Source of the DNA: a virus
Virus record (IMG/VR): IMGVR_UViG_3300023082_000011
Location: 410 to 64,409 of that record
Direction: 5' to 3' (one strand)
DNA length: 64,000 nucleotides
Part shown: in pieces, positions 10,596 to 20,408 of the stretch
Layout: each line of letters starts with the position of its first letter
Position numbering within the stretch: position 1 is the stretch's first letter
The notes under the pieces: generated by a model
What the model was told of the DNA's origin: nothing
The model's database searches: none
What the model saw: only the letters and a program-made list of their open reading frames with translations
Program-made: the position numbers and the translations under genes

Positions 10596-10947
10596 AATAT
10601 TCTTTTAATTGTTTTCTCCTTAATTCCAAATGTCCAAGTATCCATTTATAACCGGCATCAACTTTCTTGCCACCATAAACATAATAATGCTCCAAAGGTA
10701 AATCGAAATTTTCATGCTTCCTAATAAAACCCAAATTATTTTTTATTTTACGTCTCCAGCCGCCCATAAAAAGAAAAGTCAGCAAAGCAATTAAGTTAAT
10801 GGTAGGTATCACCACAAAGAAAAATTCAACCCCTAAAGGCTCCTTTCCATATAGGCAACCATCTTTGTGATAATAGGAAAGCCACAGAAGTCTCCATAGT
10901 GTAAGCATAGGTATAAGATAGGCCAAGGTAAATATAAGGTACATCAT
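10576..10947 (-). CDS. membrane protein (123 aa)
   Basis: Two to three hydrophobic helices (LIFTLAYLIPMLTLWRLLWL; VIPTINLIALLTFLFMGGW). Confidence 0.4.
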   Translation of the reverse strand: MMYLIFTLAYLIPMLTLWRLLWLSYYHKDGCLYGKEPLGVEFFFVVIPTINLIALLTFLFMGGWRRKIKNNLGFIRKHENFDLPLEHYYVYGGKKVDAGYKWILGHLELRRKQLKEYYEQTKI

Positions 10948-11468
10948 TTTTTAGGATCCAACATTTTAATCACCCTATCATAATCCGCCTTGATGAAAAG
11001 GTTGAAGCAGGGAATTTCATGCAATTTTGCTACCATCCACGCAGTTCTTGTGCCATGTAGCGGGTTACCATCCTTGTCTATTTTGGCATAACATATAAGA
11101 AACTTGCTAGGCTCTTTTAATGTTGACCCAAGAACTTCAAATACGTTTCTCGCGTGCAATTTCCACCCCGCATCAGTAAGGGCTTTAGGATTGGGGTGTA
11201 TTATGCTTACCAACTCCATGGCATCCTGAACTTTTTCTGGTATCAAATCCTCCAAGGATATGCCATAACCGAAGTTTTTCCAGGGGATGAAAATTTGTTT
11301 GTTTTCAAGCTTATGGACACCTTTCTGATAGGCAAAATCCGATCCCGCAGCTCCTCCGGATCTAAGTATGTAGCCCTGCTTCTCCAATTCGGAAGCTATC
11401 TTCGTCATCAAGTCACAAATTTCCTTGGGTGTTTTCCTTGAACCTACGCCCGTGTAGTATTTACTCAT
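10944..11468 (-). CDS. SLOG/DprA/LOG-like Rossmann-fold protein
   Basis: YTGVGSRKTP ... LRSGGAAGSDFAYQKG resembles the GxGxR / GGAxGxD signature of SLOG-superfamily (DprA, LOG, YpsA) domains. Confidence 0.4.
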   Translation of the reverse strand: MSKYYTGVGSRKTPKEICDLMTKIASELEKQGYILRSGGAAGSDFAYQKGVHKLENKQIFIPWKNFGYGISLEDLIPEKVQDAMELVSIIHPNPKALTDAGWKLHARNVFEVLGSTLKEPSKFLICYAKIDKDGNPLHGTRTAWMVAKLHEIPCFNLFIKADYDRVIKMLDPKK

Positions 11469-11707
11469 AGACTCTCCCTTATTTTTTGAAGTTCCTTTTT
11501 CACATTATCCCAATAAACAAAAGAAGTAATCGAGTTTGTAAGATGGTATAATATCTCTTCAACGAATATCAAAGATACGTCCACGGCGTAATAATCAGAA
11601 ATACCGTAGTCATCCGTTTTGTAACCCTTCTCAAATTCTATTTCCAAATAGTTGGAGGGAATATTTACCTTTTGTATTAAATCCTTAGCTTTTTCTTCTG
11701 CTGTCAT
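11465..11707 (-). CDS. hypothetical protein (80 aa)
   Basis: ORF track; ATGA overlaps on both sides. Confidence 0.35.
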   Translation of the reverse strand: MTAEEKAKDLIQKVNIPSNYLEIEFEKGYKTDDYGISDYYAVDVSLIFVEEILYHLTNSITSFVYWDNVKKELQKIRESL

Positions 11708-11952
11708 AAGTTATGTATCTTGTAAGTAGGAGGAGATAAGTTTTTATATTTTCTAACTGTATCTGTGGCCTTAGCTAAAGATTCTTGTGGGCGCACATTA
11801 TCTATATCTTCATATAACAAATATGATACTTCTCCCCGAACCAAGACTTCAGCTATTGTTTTCCAATCTTCACTGAACAATCTTCCGGTACCCCTTGTTT
11901 GGGGATAAAAACCTTCACCTGTCTCTAAGACTCTATATTCGTTTCTCTTCAT
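11704..11952 (-). CDS. hypothetical protein (82 aa)
   Basis: ORF track; ATGA overlaps. Confidence 0.35.
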   Translation of the reverse strand: MKRNEYRVLETGEGFYPQTRGTGRLFSEDWKTIAEVLVRGEVSYLLYEDIDNVRPQESLAKATDTVRKYKNLSPPTYKIHNL

Positions 11953-12416
11953 AATAATTCACTCAATAATTTAGGTGTATAATCTATTACTTCGCATGAT
12001 ACGTTTATGTATCTTTTGTCTGGCAAACTTTTCTCATGGACGTGCCCGTGGACGTTACCCTTAAAACGTGTAAGTTCACTCTCGTGGATAGGTATGTGAC
12101 TTAACATGTAGCCTTTATACTGTATACAGCCGCACACTTTATTCACATATTTCAACAATTCGGGTACGTGTTGCGGTTGGTCATGATTACCAAGTACCAC
12201 GTTTTTTATGCCGTTCAGTTTTGAAAGCAAGTGGTAAGGCGCAGTCTTTTCCATGGAAATGTCGCCAAGTATCCAAACCGTATCCCTTTTGTTCACCACC
12301 TTGTTCCAACTTTCTATTATACGATTGTCGTGTTCCGTTTCATCCTTGAACCCACGTCTTAAAGCCATGTTTTTGTGGCTTAGGTGAAGATCCGAAATAA
12401 AAAATACCCTGCTCAT
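11949..12416 (-). CDS. calcineurin-like metallophosphoesterase (candidate RNA end-healing phosphoesterase)
   Basis: Motifs DLHLSH (DxH), GDIS (GDxx), GNHD, GHVHE; 155 aa; adjacent to Pnk, Rnl and Thg1-like genes. Confidence 0.7.
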   Translation of the reverse strand: MSRVFFISDLHLSHKNMALRRGFKDETEHDNRIIESWNKVVNKRDTVWILGDISMEKTAPYHLLSKLNGIKNVVLGNHDQPQHVPELLKYVNKVCGCIQYKGYMLSHIPIHESELTRFKGNVHGHVHEKSLPDKRYINVSCEVIDYTPKLLSELL

Positions 12417-12556
12417 AGGGCGACAAGCATTAAAACAGCCCCGGTTACGACCCCTACAAGAAAAGCTCCTATGACTAAGTCATTAATTTTGAATTCAATG
12501 TAATTTTGATGTTCTGATTTTACTGTCAACTTTAAATATTGTTTTAGCTCTTTCAT
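12413..12556 (-). CDS. small C-terminally membrane-anchored protein (47 aa)
   Basis: Manual translation MKELKQYLKLTVKSEHQNYIEFKINDLVIGAFLVGVVTGAVLMLVAL; its TGA stop overlaps the ATG of the phosphoesterase (ATGA). Confidence 0.3.
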   Translation of the reverse strand: MKELKQYLKLTVKSEHQNYIEFKINDLVIGAFLVGVVTGAVLMLVAL

Positions 12557-12585
12557 GTTTTAAATCTTTGATACAAAGGTATAGA

Positions 12586-12620
12586 ATAAAAAACGTGGAC
12601 CATTATTAGCCCACGTTAAA
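12586..12620 (-). terminator. putative rho-independent terminator after the Pnk gene
   Basis: Minus-strand hairpin aacgtgg..ccacgtt followed by a TTTTTT run. Confidence 0.35.
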
Positions 12621-12626
12621 AAAGTC

Positions 12627-13511
12627 TTAAAAATTACCATATTCTACCTGAAATACTTTTAAACCCAATGACCGGGCTCGCCTTACAACTTGACACTGGT
12701 CGTCGTAAAGTGCCTCTATATAGTAGCTTTTAACTATACTTCTCCACATTTCTTCCTTCACCACCCAATCAGGCCTTTGGTCACCGTTTTTCCGCATCAT
12801 CAAGTGGTCATAAGGAATGTCGTGATATTCCAGCCAAGAGTTGGTTCTTTCAAAAGCTTCAAAGTCACGCCCCGTACATATAATTAATGTGTTGTTCGTA
12901 CCTATGGCATTTTTTACGGAAGTGACAATATCGTCTTGGTCAACTTTATCCCAATCGTATGGTCCCCGTTTTCCGGCCATGTCGGCCAAGGTCCCGTCAA
13001 GGTCGTAAATGGTACAAGGCTGTTTGTGGGATTTATTCTCTAGGGTAACCGGTACATAGTTCCCACGCCGTTGTAAATTTTTGTACTTATCATATTGCTT
13101 CCTGATGACTTCCTCGCCTACCTTACGGTTTCTGAGACTGTCACGTAAGAGGGTTTCCTCCAAAGAAATGTCAAAGTAAACGTATTCTATGGGAACGTTC
13201 CAGAATTCAAACCTGTCAAGATATTTGTTTTCTAAATGCGTCGCGTCCACTATTACGTCCTTACCTTCCTGCAAGGCTTCATGTATCAGGGTATCTTCAT
13301 ACTTGGTCACAACCTTTTCCAATTTGGAAAGGTCAGGGCGTTGATAGTACTCCGATATTGATTGTTCCGTGTAACTGAAGAGTGTCTCACATAACTTATC
13401 GCGATTTATCACTACGGTATTCAACGGATTTTTTAACCATTCGTTGTGTGCGAACGTCGATTTGCCAGAATTACTACAGCCGACCGTGACAATTATCTTA
13501 CTATCCTTCAT
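12627..13511 (-). CDS. pnk: polynucleotide 5'-kinase/3'-phosphatase (T4 Pnk-like)
   Basis: N-terminal P-loop VGCSNSGKST (kinase) and C-terminal HAD phosphatase motif IYDLDGTLAD (DxDGT); 294 aa. Confidence 0.8.
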   Translation of the reverse strand: MKDSKIIVTVGCSNSGKSTFAHNEWLKNPLNTVVINRDKLCETLFSYTEQSISEYYQRPDLSKLEKVVTKYEDTLIHEALQEGKDVIVDATHLENKYLDRFEFWNVPIEYVYFDISLEETLLRDSLRNRKVGEEVIRKQYDKYKNLQRRGNYVPVTLENKSHKQPCTIYDLDGTLADMAGKRGPYDWDKVDQDDIVTSVKNAIGTNNTLIICTGRDFEAFERTNSWLEYHDIPYDHLMMRKNGDQRPDWVVKEEMWRSIVKSYYIEALYDDQCQVVRRARSLGLKVFQVEYGNF

Positions 13512-14823
13512 CTTCTATGTTTGAAATTTCTTTTTCTTGTTCATCGGATTCCATCAACAGGAATTTTTTTGACTTTAATTTATAGGCTTCGTATTCATAT
13601 AAAGATTCCTTGCGAATAATTATCCCTTCTTCCGGTACTTTGTTTACGCACATATAACAATCTTTCTCGTTAAACCTTGATTCTAAACACTTAACAAAAT
13701 CTTCGTTAAAATATCTCCCCAATACTTTATCATTCACATCGTGACGAATGTTTTCAAAAAGGTCTATGGCCACCCCATAAAACAATAAAGTGTCCTTGAA
13801 TGGTAGCCCAACTTTTTCATAATACTCGTCTATCTGTTTATCCGATAGATAAATTACTTCACCATCCAAGTTAACCACCGAGATTTTGTATACGTAAAAC
13901 TTATGTTCACCTGGTTTGCAACCATAATCGTATTTTCCTTGAATAGGATTTCCAGAAGGAGTGTAACCTAAAATCTCTCCATATAGGGTCCAGTTTTTGG
14001 GGATAAGCGGCCCAACCTCGGCGGCAACCACACCCCAGATATCCTCTCCATAAAATCCTTCACCTTGTGTGGGGTTAAGGTAGCCGTTTTTAATTACCTT
14101 ACGGCTAGAGTAGATGATATCATATTTTTTCTTGTTTACTTTTACACCAAAAAATTTAGCTAATTTCTCTTTCCAAGTGAGGGGTTCATTCACCAAAACA
14201 TTTCCTATGACCGCACTGGTCCCATGCTTTTTGTAGTGGATACCTATAACATCATTTTCATTTATTTTATGTGCGTTTTTTCTAAAGTTGTCGGTATCCC
14301 CATGTAGGTAGAACTGATTATCCACCAGTCTGTTTATCTTAACTGATTTTTGTACTTTTGAATTTTGCGATTGAGGGATTTTTACTATGTATTTTTCACA
14401 CAAACTATTCCCGTTGATATCAGTAAATTCATCCCCAATTTTCAGGGAATTTATGGAGGTCGGCTCTAGGAAGGGTAAAAGACTTGTGAGGGGCATGAGC
14501 ATACCGTCGGAAATCACCCCACGTAATTTGAGGGCCTTTACTCGTCGCTGGCGGAAAGAGATGAATCCGCGTTTATCCTTGTCATAATTCTCCTCGGCCT
14601 TATCATAGAGATTGTTTTTACTACAATATTCCTCATTAAGTTGTGTACCCGAAACGAAATAAAGCATAGTTTCGCCTTCCTTAACGTCCTTTGATACCAC
14701 AACGTTATTTCCATTAACAACGACCCGTTTGATGTTATCGGCACCTTCTATATCAAATACCTGTCCGATTCGTACTACACTACAAGCATAGTTTTTGCTG
14801 TTTTCTTTTACTTCTAGTTTCAT
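13501..14823 (-). CDS. ATP-dependent RNA ligase (Rnl2/Rnl5-like nucleotidyltransferase with an N-terminal extra domain)
   Basis: Motif I KxHG (IHYKKHGTSAVIG) about 200 aa from the N-terminus, YGEILG (motif IV-like), KFYVYK (motif V-like); immediately upstream of pnk as in T4. Confidence 0.6.
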   Translation of the reverse strand: MKLEVKENSKNYACSVVRIGQVFDIEGADNIKRVVVNGNNVVVSKDVKEGETMLYFVSGTQLNEEYCSKNNLYDKAEENYDKDKRGFISFRQRRVKALKLRGVISDGMLMPLTSLLPFLEPTSINSLKIGDEFTDINGNSLCEKYIVKIPQSQNSKVQKSVKINRLVDNQFYLHGDTDNFRKNAHKINENDVIGIHYKKHGTSAVIGNVLVNEPLTWKEKLAKFFGVKVNKKKYDIIYSSRKVIKNGYLNPTQGEGFYGEDIWGVVAAEVGPLIPKNWTLYGEILGYTPSGNPIQGKYDYGCKPGEHKFYVYKISVVNLDGEVIYLSDKQIDEYYEKVGLPFKDTLLFYGVAIDLFENIRHDVNDKVLGRYFNEDFVKCLESRFNEKDCYMCVNKVPEEGIIIRKESLYEYEAYKLKSKKFLLMESDEQEKEISNIEDEG

Positions 14824-14830
14824 GTTTTTA

Positions 14831-15679
14831 TTAAAATAACTTTAAAATTTGTTCCCTGTCTTTACCGAAAAATGGTGTGTCTTCCACTACTTCCCACTTG
14901 TGTCTTGTCGTGAACTGATTGGCGTTTTCTTCATTGATTTGTGTTTCGCTATCCAATATCCCATTCACATATCTTCTTTTCATTATGAACGATCCACGTT
15001 TCTTTGAAGCATCCAGGTTATTCCAGTTATGTCCTTTCTGGAAACACATTTCCTGCATATCGCTTCCGTTCTTTTTATGTAGTTCCGAGTGTGAATAAAG
15101 GCTTTGCGCCAACATGGCGACCGAATTTTTCTCTGCGTCGCGTTGTCTCCAAAGGAAGTAATTCAGTACTTCGTCTTTTTCGGGTATGGTAAAGGTGCGG
15201 GAATCAAATACGGCTAATTTGAAACCCTCGATCTCATAATCTGTCAAAGCCTTTATGGAGTTTATCTCATGAGGACCTTGTGGTTGTGAAGTTTCGACAA
15301 CGGATGTTTTTCGCAGCATGCGAAGTTGGTTAAACTTTGCCGCCGCCATTGAAGCCGAAATGGAAGTAATCTTCTGGATGTTACCGTCAAACCAAGCACT
15401 TGTCTCCAACTTATCGAAGTCAGTCAATAACAAAGAAATTTCGTCCGACTGTGTGTAACCGAATTTACATCCCTGAATATTTTCACACAGATAAGCCGTA
15501 GTAAGCTGCATGTCCTCAATGAGACCTTCGTCAAAAGGTTTGTCCAATCCTTTAACGTAAGAATGGAATGCTTTTCCATCTAACCTAATAATAGTGTGAG
15601 TCCTACGTGGTAAATAATGTCTTGCACGAAATTCGTAATTTTCTTTAATGCGCTTTCCAAGTCCTGAGTTATCTGACAT
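14831..15679 (-). CDS. Thg1-like protein (tRNA-His guanylyltransferase family, 3'-5' nucleotide polymerase)
   Basis: HTIIRLDGKAFHSY ... DKPFDEGLIEDM ... GYTQSDEISLL matches the Thg1 family signature (vvRiDGrnFhkF / KPnD / YgQSDEiS). Confidence 0.8.
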   Translation of the reverse strand: MSDNSGLGKRIKENYEFRARHYLPRRTHTIIRLDGKAFHSYVKGLDKPFDEGLIEDMQLTTAYLCENIQGCKFGYTQSDEISLLLTDFDKLETSAWFDGNIQKITSISASMAAAKFNQLRMLRKTSVVETSQPQGPHEINSIKALTDYEIEGFKLAVFDSRTFTIPEKDEVLNYFLWRQRDAEKNSVAMLAQSLYSHSELHKKNGSDMQEMCFQKGHNWNNLDASKKRGSFIMKRRYVNGILDSETQINEENANQFTTRHKWEVVEDTPFFGKDREQILKLF

Positions 15680-15853
15680 AATTTTAAATTTTATTGTCCC
15701 GAATATTATCTATGGTAGGTTTTAAATAGAAGTAGTCATCTCCCATAATCATACAGACAAAAGGAATGATGATAGTGCAGGCACCTATGAACCACACTAC
15801 GATTATAAAGAATATCAGTATCTCCAAGAAACTGTTGTATAAAAAGTTGTTTA

Positions 15854-16249
15854 TCATTTCCCTATCTCTAACATTTTACTTGCAAAATCCATAAATTGTG
15901 AGTTGGATCCAAGATGTTTTTCCCCTAGACATGACAATATCGCAGTTTCCAACGTAGCACAAACTTTCGAACTTGGGTACCACTTATCTTCTCCATTCTT
16001 ATAGATGTACCTGAAAGGATATTTACTGTCCCAATCCTTTCCCCTCACCGTATAGATTACGTAGTCCTTCGTGTCGAGTAAAATTTCTTGTAGATTATTT
16101 ATAGAAGCTATGGACTCCACAAACTCCCTGGCCTGTTTTCTTTCCACTTCGTACAAGGCAGCCCTTTCTATGAAGCCTTTATTGGATAACTTTTGCATGG
16201 GCGACAGATTGCTGCCTTCTATGAGTGCTAAAATTTTGTCCGTGTTCAT
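15854..16249 (-). CDS. hypothetical protein (131 aa)
   Basis: ORF track. Confidence 0.4.
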   Translation of the reverse strand: MNTDKILALIEGSNLSPMQKLSNKGFIERAALYEVERKQAREFVESIASINNLQEILLDTKDYVIYTVRGKDWDSKYPFRYIYKNGEDKWYPSSKVCATLETAILSCLGEKHLGSNSQFMDFASKMLEIGK

Positions 16250-16346
16250 TTTTTAATTATTTACGGTACAAAATTAGGTAAAGTAAAAAGCCCTGACAAG
16301 TGCCAAGGCTTTAAAGTTTTGTTAAAAGTATTTATCTATAATTTCT

Positions 16347-17318
16347 TCAAATGAATTTAAAATCCAAAGCGCTCATTTCAGGATTTAATCTTAAAAACTT
16401 TTCTAAAGGCATTATTATAGGATGCTTTCCACGACTAACAGAAGCTAATAACGTTGATTTTACTAATCCTAACTGCCTTGATGCTTCACTTACAGAGGGG
16501 TAGACAATTAGAGTATTTTTATCAATAACTTGTTTTTTCTTGGTTGTGGGGAGAGGAATCTCGATATTGAGAGTATCACCCTCTTTATAATCCTTAAGAT
16601 ACTTAAAGGGACTTCTGTTTACATCTGGATTTGAAAGCCATACGACTATAGTTCTATATTTGTAATCTTTACATGTTTTAGCAGCTAATTTTACTGTCTT
16701 GAAAACTTCTTTTGTTAATATATTTATCACTTCCCACCCCAGTCTTCTATCTTTATGAATATTAACATTTGTAAAAAGTCCTGAAAGATAATCTTCATAA
16801 AATTTTTTATAAATATAGGGAGTATCGTTAGTAACTCTTCCGGCCAACTTAGCTTCAAAAACAGTCCCATACCCTTCATAGCTACGTGCATCAGATATGC
16901 ACCCAAACTCTTTTTTGGTTAATACATTAATTACTGGGACAGCAACGGGGTTCTTGGATCCTTTTTGATTTTCACCATATCTCCTCCTAGCCTCCTGTGA
17001 AAAAGTCCTTCTATTTGCTCCACACTCAACTAAAGCTAAATTTAAGCCCTTTTCTCTATCTAAAACATCATAGAAATCTTGCCAATAACGTTCCCTACAA
17101 TTTAGGTCTGCTTTAACGCATTCTTCTATAATCTCAACTGTATGATTTTCAAAACCATACTTAATTAATGAGTTGTATAATTTAAACTGATACTCACAAT
17201 TTAAATTTTTATACTCTGTGTGCCTTCTGTGGATGTTAGTTGAAGACCCCACATAGATTTTTTCGGCGGGGCTTGTGATTTTGTACACACCTGACACTAC
17301 TTTTATCTTTTTTCTCAT
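16347..17318 (-). CDS. GIY-YIG homing endonuclease
   Basis: GVYKITSPAEKIYVGSSTNIHRRHTEYKN; freestanding, immediately downstream of the DNA polymerase gene. Confidence 0.75.
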   Translation of the reverse strand: MRKKIKVVSGVYKITSPAEKIYVGSSTNIHRRHTEYKNLNCEYQFKLYNSLIKYGFENHTVEIIEECVKADLNCRERYWQDFYDVLDREKGLNLALVECGANRRTFSQEARRRYGENQKGSKNPVAVPVINVLTKKEFGCISDARSYEGYGTVFEAKLAGRVTNDTPYIYKKFYEDYLSGLFTNVNIHKDRRLGWEVINILTKEVFKTVKLAAKTCKDYKYRTIVVWLSNPDVNRSPFKYLKDYKEGDTLNIEIPLPTTKKKQVIDKNTLIVYPSVSEASRQLGLVKSTLLASVSRGKHPIIMPLEKFLRLNPEMSALDFKFI

Positions 17319-17462
17319 AAAATAGAAAATCCCTACAAATACTTCATAACGCCTCTCACCTCGTCATCCATATCTATAGGGAATGTTAATATTTTAATTC
17401 TTTTACTGTGAGAGGAAGAATTAATGCAAATAAAATACTTTTAATTCAGACTAACAAAAATA

Positions 17463-19616
17463 TTATGAAATTCTAATTTTACTTGGTTTGATTTCTTCAG
17501 GAACACCATATTTGTCAGTTAACCATTCCCTTACATATTGTTCATATTGTTTTTCGGTAGGTATTTTATTCACGCAAAATTTAAGATAATTTTCTTCTTC
17601 TTTCTCACGTTTTGTTTTATCCCTTAAATTTTTAGCTTCTTCTAACATACGTTCCTCAGTTCCATCAATCTTATGTATTAACTTATAACATTCATCAACA
17701 TAGTATTCATAATCAATTTGATATTTTTCTATTGGTAATTCAAAATATTTATTGAAAATTGTTACTTTTTTACCAGCTTCATATTCGGTAGATGTAAGTT
17801 TTGGTTCTCCAGTTATTTTATCTGGTTTATAGGTACATTTACGGAACGATTTACCATTGGTTGATACAAAGTATCTATTGTTCTTTTGTTGTTTCGTTAT
17901 ATCGCTTATTTCATCATTATTGTCACAAACAAAAGTTTCGGCCCACCATTCACCAGTAGTATTTCCTGTTTTACAAAATTCATAGATATCGTTACACTCA
18001 GACAAAGTTTTTTCTACGGGGATGTTTTCAAGAAAATACTTATTCACCGCCGTTGAAACTATTCCTTGAGAAAATGCCTTATGCCACTCCCCATCTTTCC
18101 TTAATTCTTCGTTATCCTTAAAAGTTCCTTTGTATTTAGTGGAAACCTTTGGTTTATATATATAGGAATCGTTTTCAAAAAATATTTCATTTGAAGAAAC
18201 GGCAATGTAGTTATTTACGTCACGTATGACCATCTTTGAATACTCAACATACTCAAGCTGCAATTTACTGATTTCTTGCCAATAATTACAGACCTTGAAA
18301 TACATGTCGATATGTTTTCTGTCAAACTTTACGGTAACACCGTCCGTATTTATTTGTAACATCTGCAAACCTGGAATTTTCATGAACATGAGTTCAGAAA
18401 GCATCAATAAGGCAAGTTGCCCCGCCAAAGTTGTTTTGAGGGTGTATAAAGGATCATAAAGAAAGCTGAATTCACTGTTGCTCTTACCGTATACGCTATT
18501 GGCTGAAAGTTTATAACCATCGGCCATGATTTTATCCCTCATCTTTCCGTCCACTTTTTCTTTGGCATATAGACGGGGTTTTACAATACCGTCTTCATAT
18601 ACCTTTGAAAAAACTTCACCCAAATGTGCAGGATAAAGTTTTTCGGCAATGGCCAAACTCGGATAAAGACTTGCCACGTCGGCGTCAATTATTATTTGGT
18701 CTTCCGCAGCATAAACCCCTGCCTTAATACAACCATGTATTCCTCCCGTTCCAATATCAAACTGAAAATCGTTTGAAGTAAAACTGTAGGCAAAAGAATC
18801 TTTCAATTCCTTGACTTCGATACTTTGTATGTAACTAAACATTTCCTTGAAAGGTTCCGTGCGGAATTTAATATATGAGGGAACGCATTCCGCAAATTTA
18901 AAAAGACTTCTGTGGGTCCTTAAACGTTTAACAATTGCCTCGGATAAACCTGTAGCCTCGCAATAAAGTTTTAAAACAAGCTGCTCACCTATCTTTGAAT
19001 CGGGGTAATTGATACATTTCATTCCATATTTCTTCAACAACCCCCTACGAAGTTCCATCTTACCTTCGGTCTTGTAATAGAACTCTTCCGTGGCGTTTAC
19101 GTCGTTGATGTTGTAATCCAGAATTTCCTGTACCTGTTCAACGGTTTTGATTTTGGTTGTATGGTGGTAAGGCATATCCAAAACGTTGGGATAATTCATA
19201 TTTATCTCAAGTCTCTTTAAGCTAGTGATACGTGCCTTGTTGTTAAAGTGCCAAATAGCAAAAAGATCCATTTGTGGAATCATTACTTCCTCTTCCTTTA
19301 CTGTGGAAAATTCGGCCTTGATAACAGACTGTGCTTTCTTATATACGGAAGCTGTTATTTTATCCCCTGTCCAATATTGCATTTCGGGGATACCTTTTAA
19401 CAAATGGTGTATTACCGGATAGTCGAATGCTAAATTATTGTATCCCACCATTCCTTTACATTTACGTAAATGGTCTACGAATGAGGCGTAATCGTTCCTT
19501 TCCTTCCAAATAACAAATTGTACTATTTCTTTTGTATCCCTGTTCTTGGCTGTATATGTAAACAAATTAGCCAATGTTTCAATATCATAAATCCAAATTC
19601 CTTTATCTTCCATCAT
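17463..19616 (-). CDS. family B DNA polymerase
   Basis: Exo I YDIETL; Pol motif A DADVASLYPS; motif B KLSANSVYGK; motif C QINTDGV (YxDTD-like); 717 aa. Confidence 0.8.
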   Translation of the reverse strand: MMEDKGIWIYDIETLANLFTYTAKNRDTKEIVQFVIWKERNDYASFVDHLRKCKGMVGYNNLAFDYPVIHHLLKGIPEMQYWTGDKITASVYKKAQSVIKAEFSTVKEEEVMIPQMDLFAIWHFNNKARITSLKRLEINMNYPNVLDMPYHHTTKIKTVEQVQEILDYNINDVNATEEFYYKTEGKMELRRGLLKKYGMKCINYPDSKIGEQLVLKLYCEATGLSEAIVKRLRTHRSLFKFAECVPSYIKFRTEPFKEMFSYIQSIEVKELKDSFAYSFTSNDFQFDIGTGGIHGCIKAGVYAAEDQIIIDADVASLYPSLAIAEKLYPAHLGEVFSKVYEDGIVKPRLYAKEKVDGKMRDKIMADGYKLSANSVYGKSNSEFSFLYDPLYTLKTTLAGQLALLMLSELMFMKIPGLQMLQINTDGVTVKFDRKHIDMYFKVCNYWQEISKLQLEYVEYSKMVIRDVNNYIAVSSNEIFFENDSYIYKPKVSTKYKGTFKDNEELRKDGEWHKAFSQGIVSTAVNKYFLENIPVEKTLSECNDIYEFCKTGNTTGEWWAETFVCDNNDEISDITKQQKNNRYFVSTNGKSFRKCTYKPDKITGEPKLTSTEYEAGKKVTIFNKYFELPIEKYQIDYEYYVDECYKLIHKIDGTEERMLEEAKNLRDKTKREKEEENYLKFCVNKIPTEKQYEQYVREWLTDKYGVPEEIKPSKIRIS

Positions 19617-19634
19617 CTACCTCCTCAATACTTA

Positions 19635-19940
19635 TCATAAAATCACAAAATTATCTTCACTCAAAATACTTTTCTCATCTACGCAAATATATTCTCCATA
19701 ATTATGTGATATTGCGTCGTTTATGCTGTCTTCGGTGGACATTGTTTTCCATTTGGCGTTAATGGAAGCTTGTTTTAACGTGGCGGTGAAACATTCGGTG
19801 ACATACCTTTTAACGGCCTCATTGTTAAAATCATCAGCGTCTTTCTCAAAATAACAACTTCTACGGAAATCTTCGTATGTATCAAAAGCTAATTCCGAAG
19901 CCATTTCCTCCAATACTTCCCTAAATCTACCCATTGTCAA
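19635..19940 (-). CDS. hypothetical protein (101 aa)
   Basis: ORF track. Confidence 0.35.
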   Translation of the reverse strand: MTMGRFREVLEEMASELAFDTYEDFRRSCYFEKDADDFNNEAVKRYVTECFTATLKQASINAKWKTMSTEDSINDAISHNYGEYICVDEKSILSEDNFVIL

Positions 19941-20408
19941 GCACCTCCATCAAAGCCTCATTTACCGCTTCCCTGTAAACTGTCAATATTTCATTTCTGC
20001 CCCTGCCATCCTATACCAAATGTATGTATTTTGGTGGTTTCCTCAAGAAAGCCGTCTGTTTCACAATCACACACGAATATTTTATTTAATCTATGCATTT
20101 CTCTACCAACTTAAGCAATCTCTTTTTACTTCCCCCACAAATGACTTCAAATCCATTGGAAGTCAATGTAAACAAGTTATCACACTTTCCTTCCATGTAC
20201 CAAACGTTTGGTCTTCTACTTTCCGTACATGGAAAATTATCTGCCCTCAATATGTTCGTATGTGTGGATTTGCTCATTTTTTAAATCTTCTATTATCTGT
20301 TCCAATATCCATTTAGAAGTAGCCTGTACTTCTACCATTGTGGTGTTCTCCGGTTCTTTTCTCATCACTATTTCTAGGTAGTATTGATATTTATTTAGAA
20401 GTGCAGAT

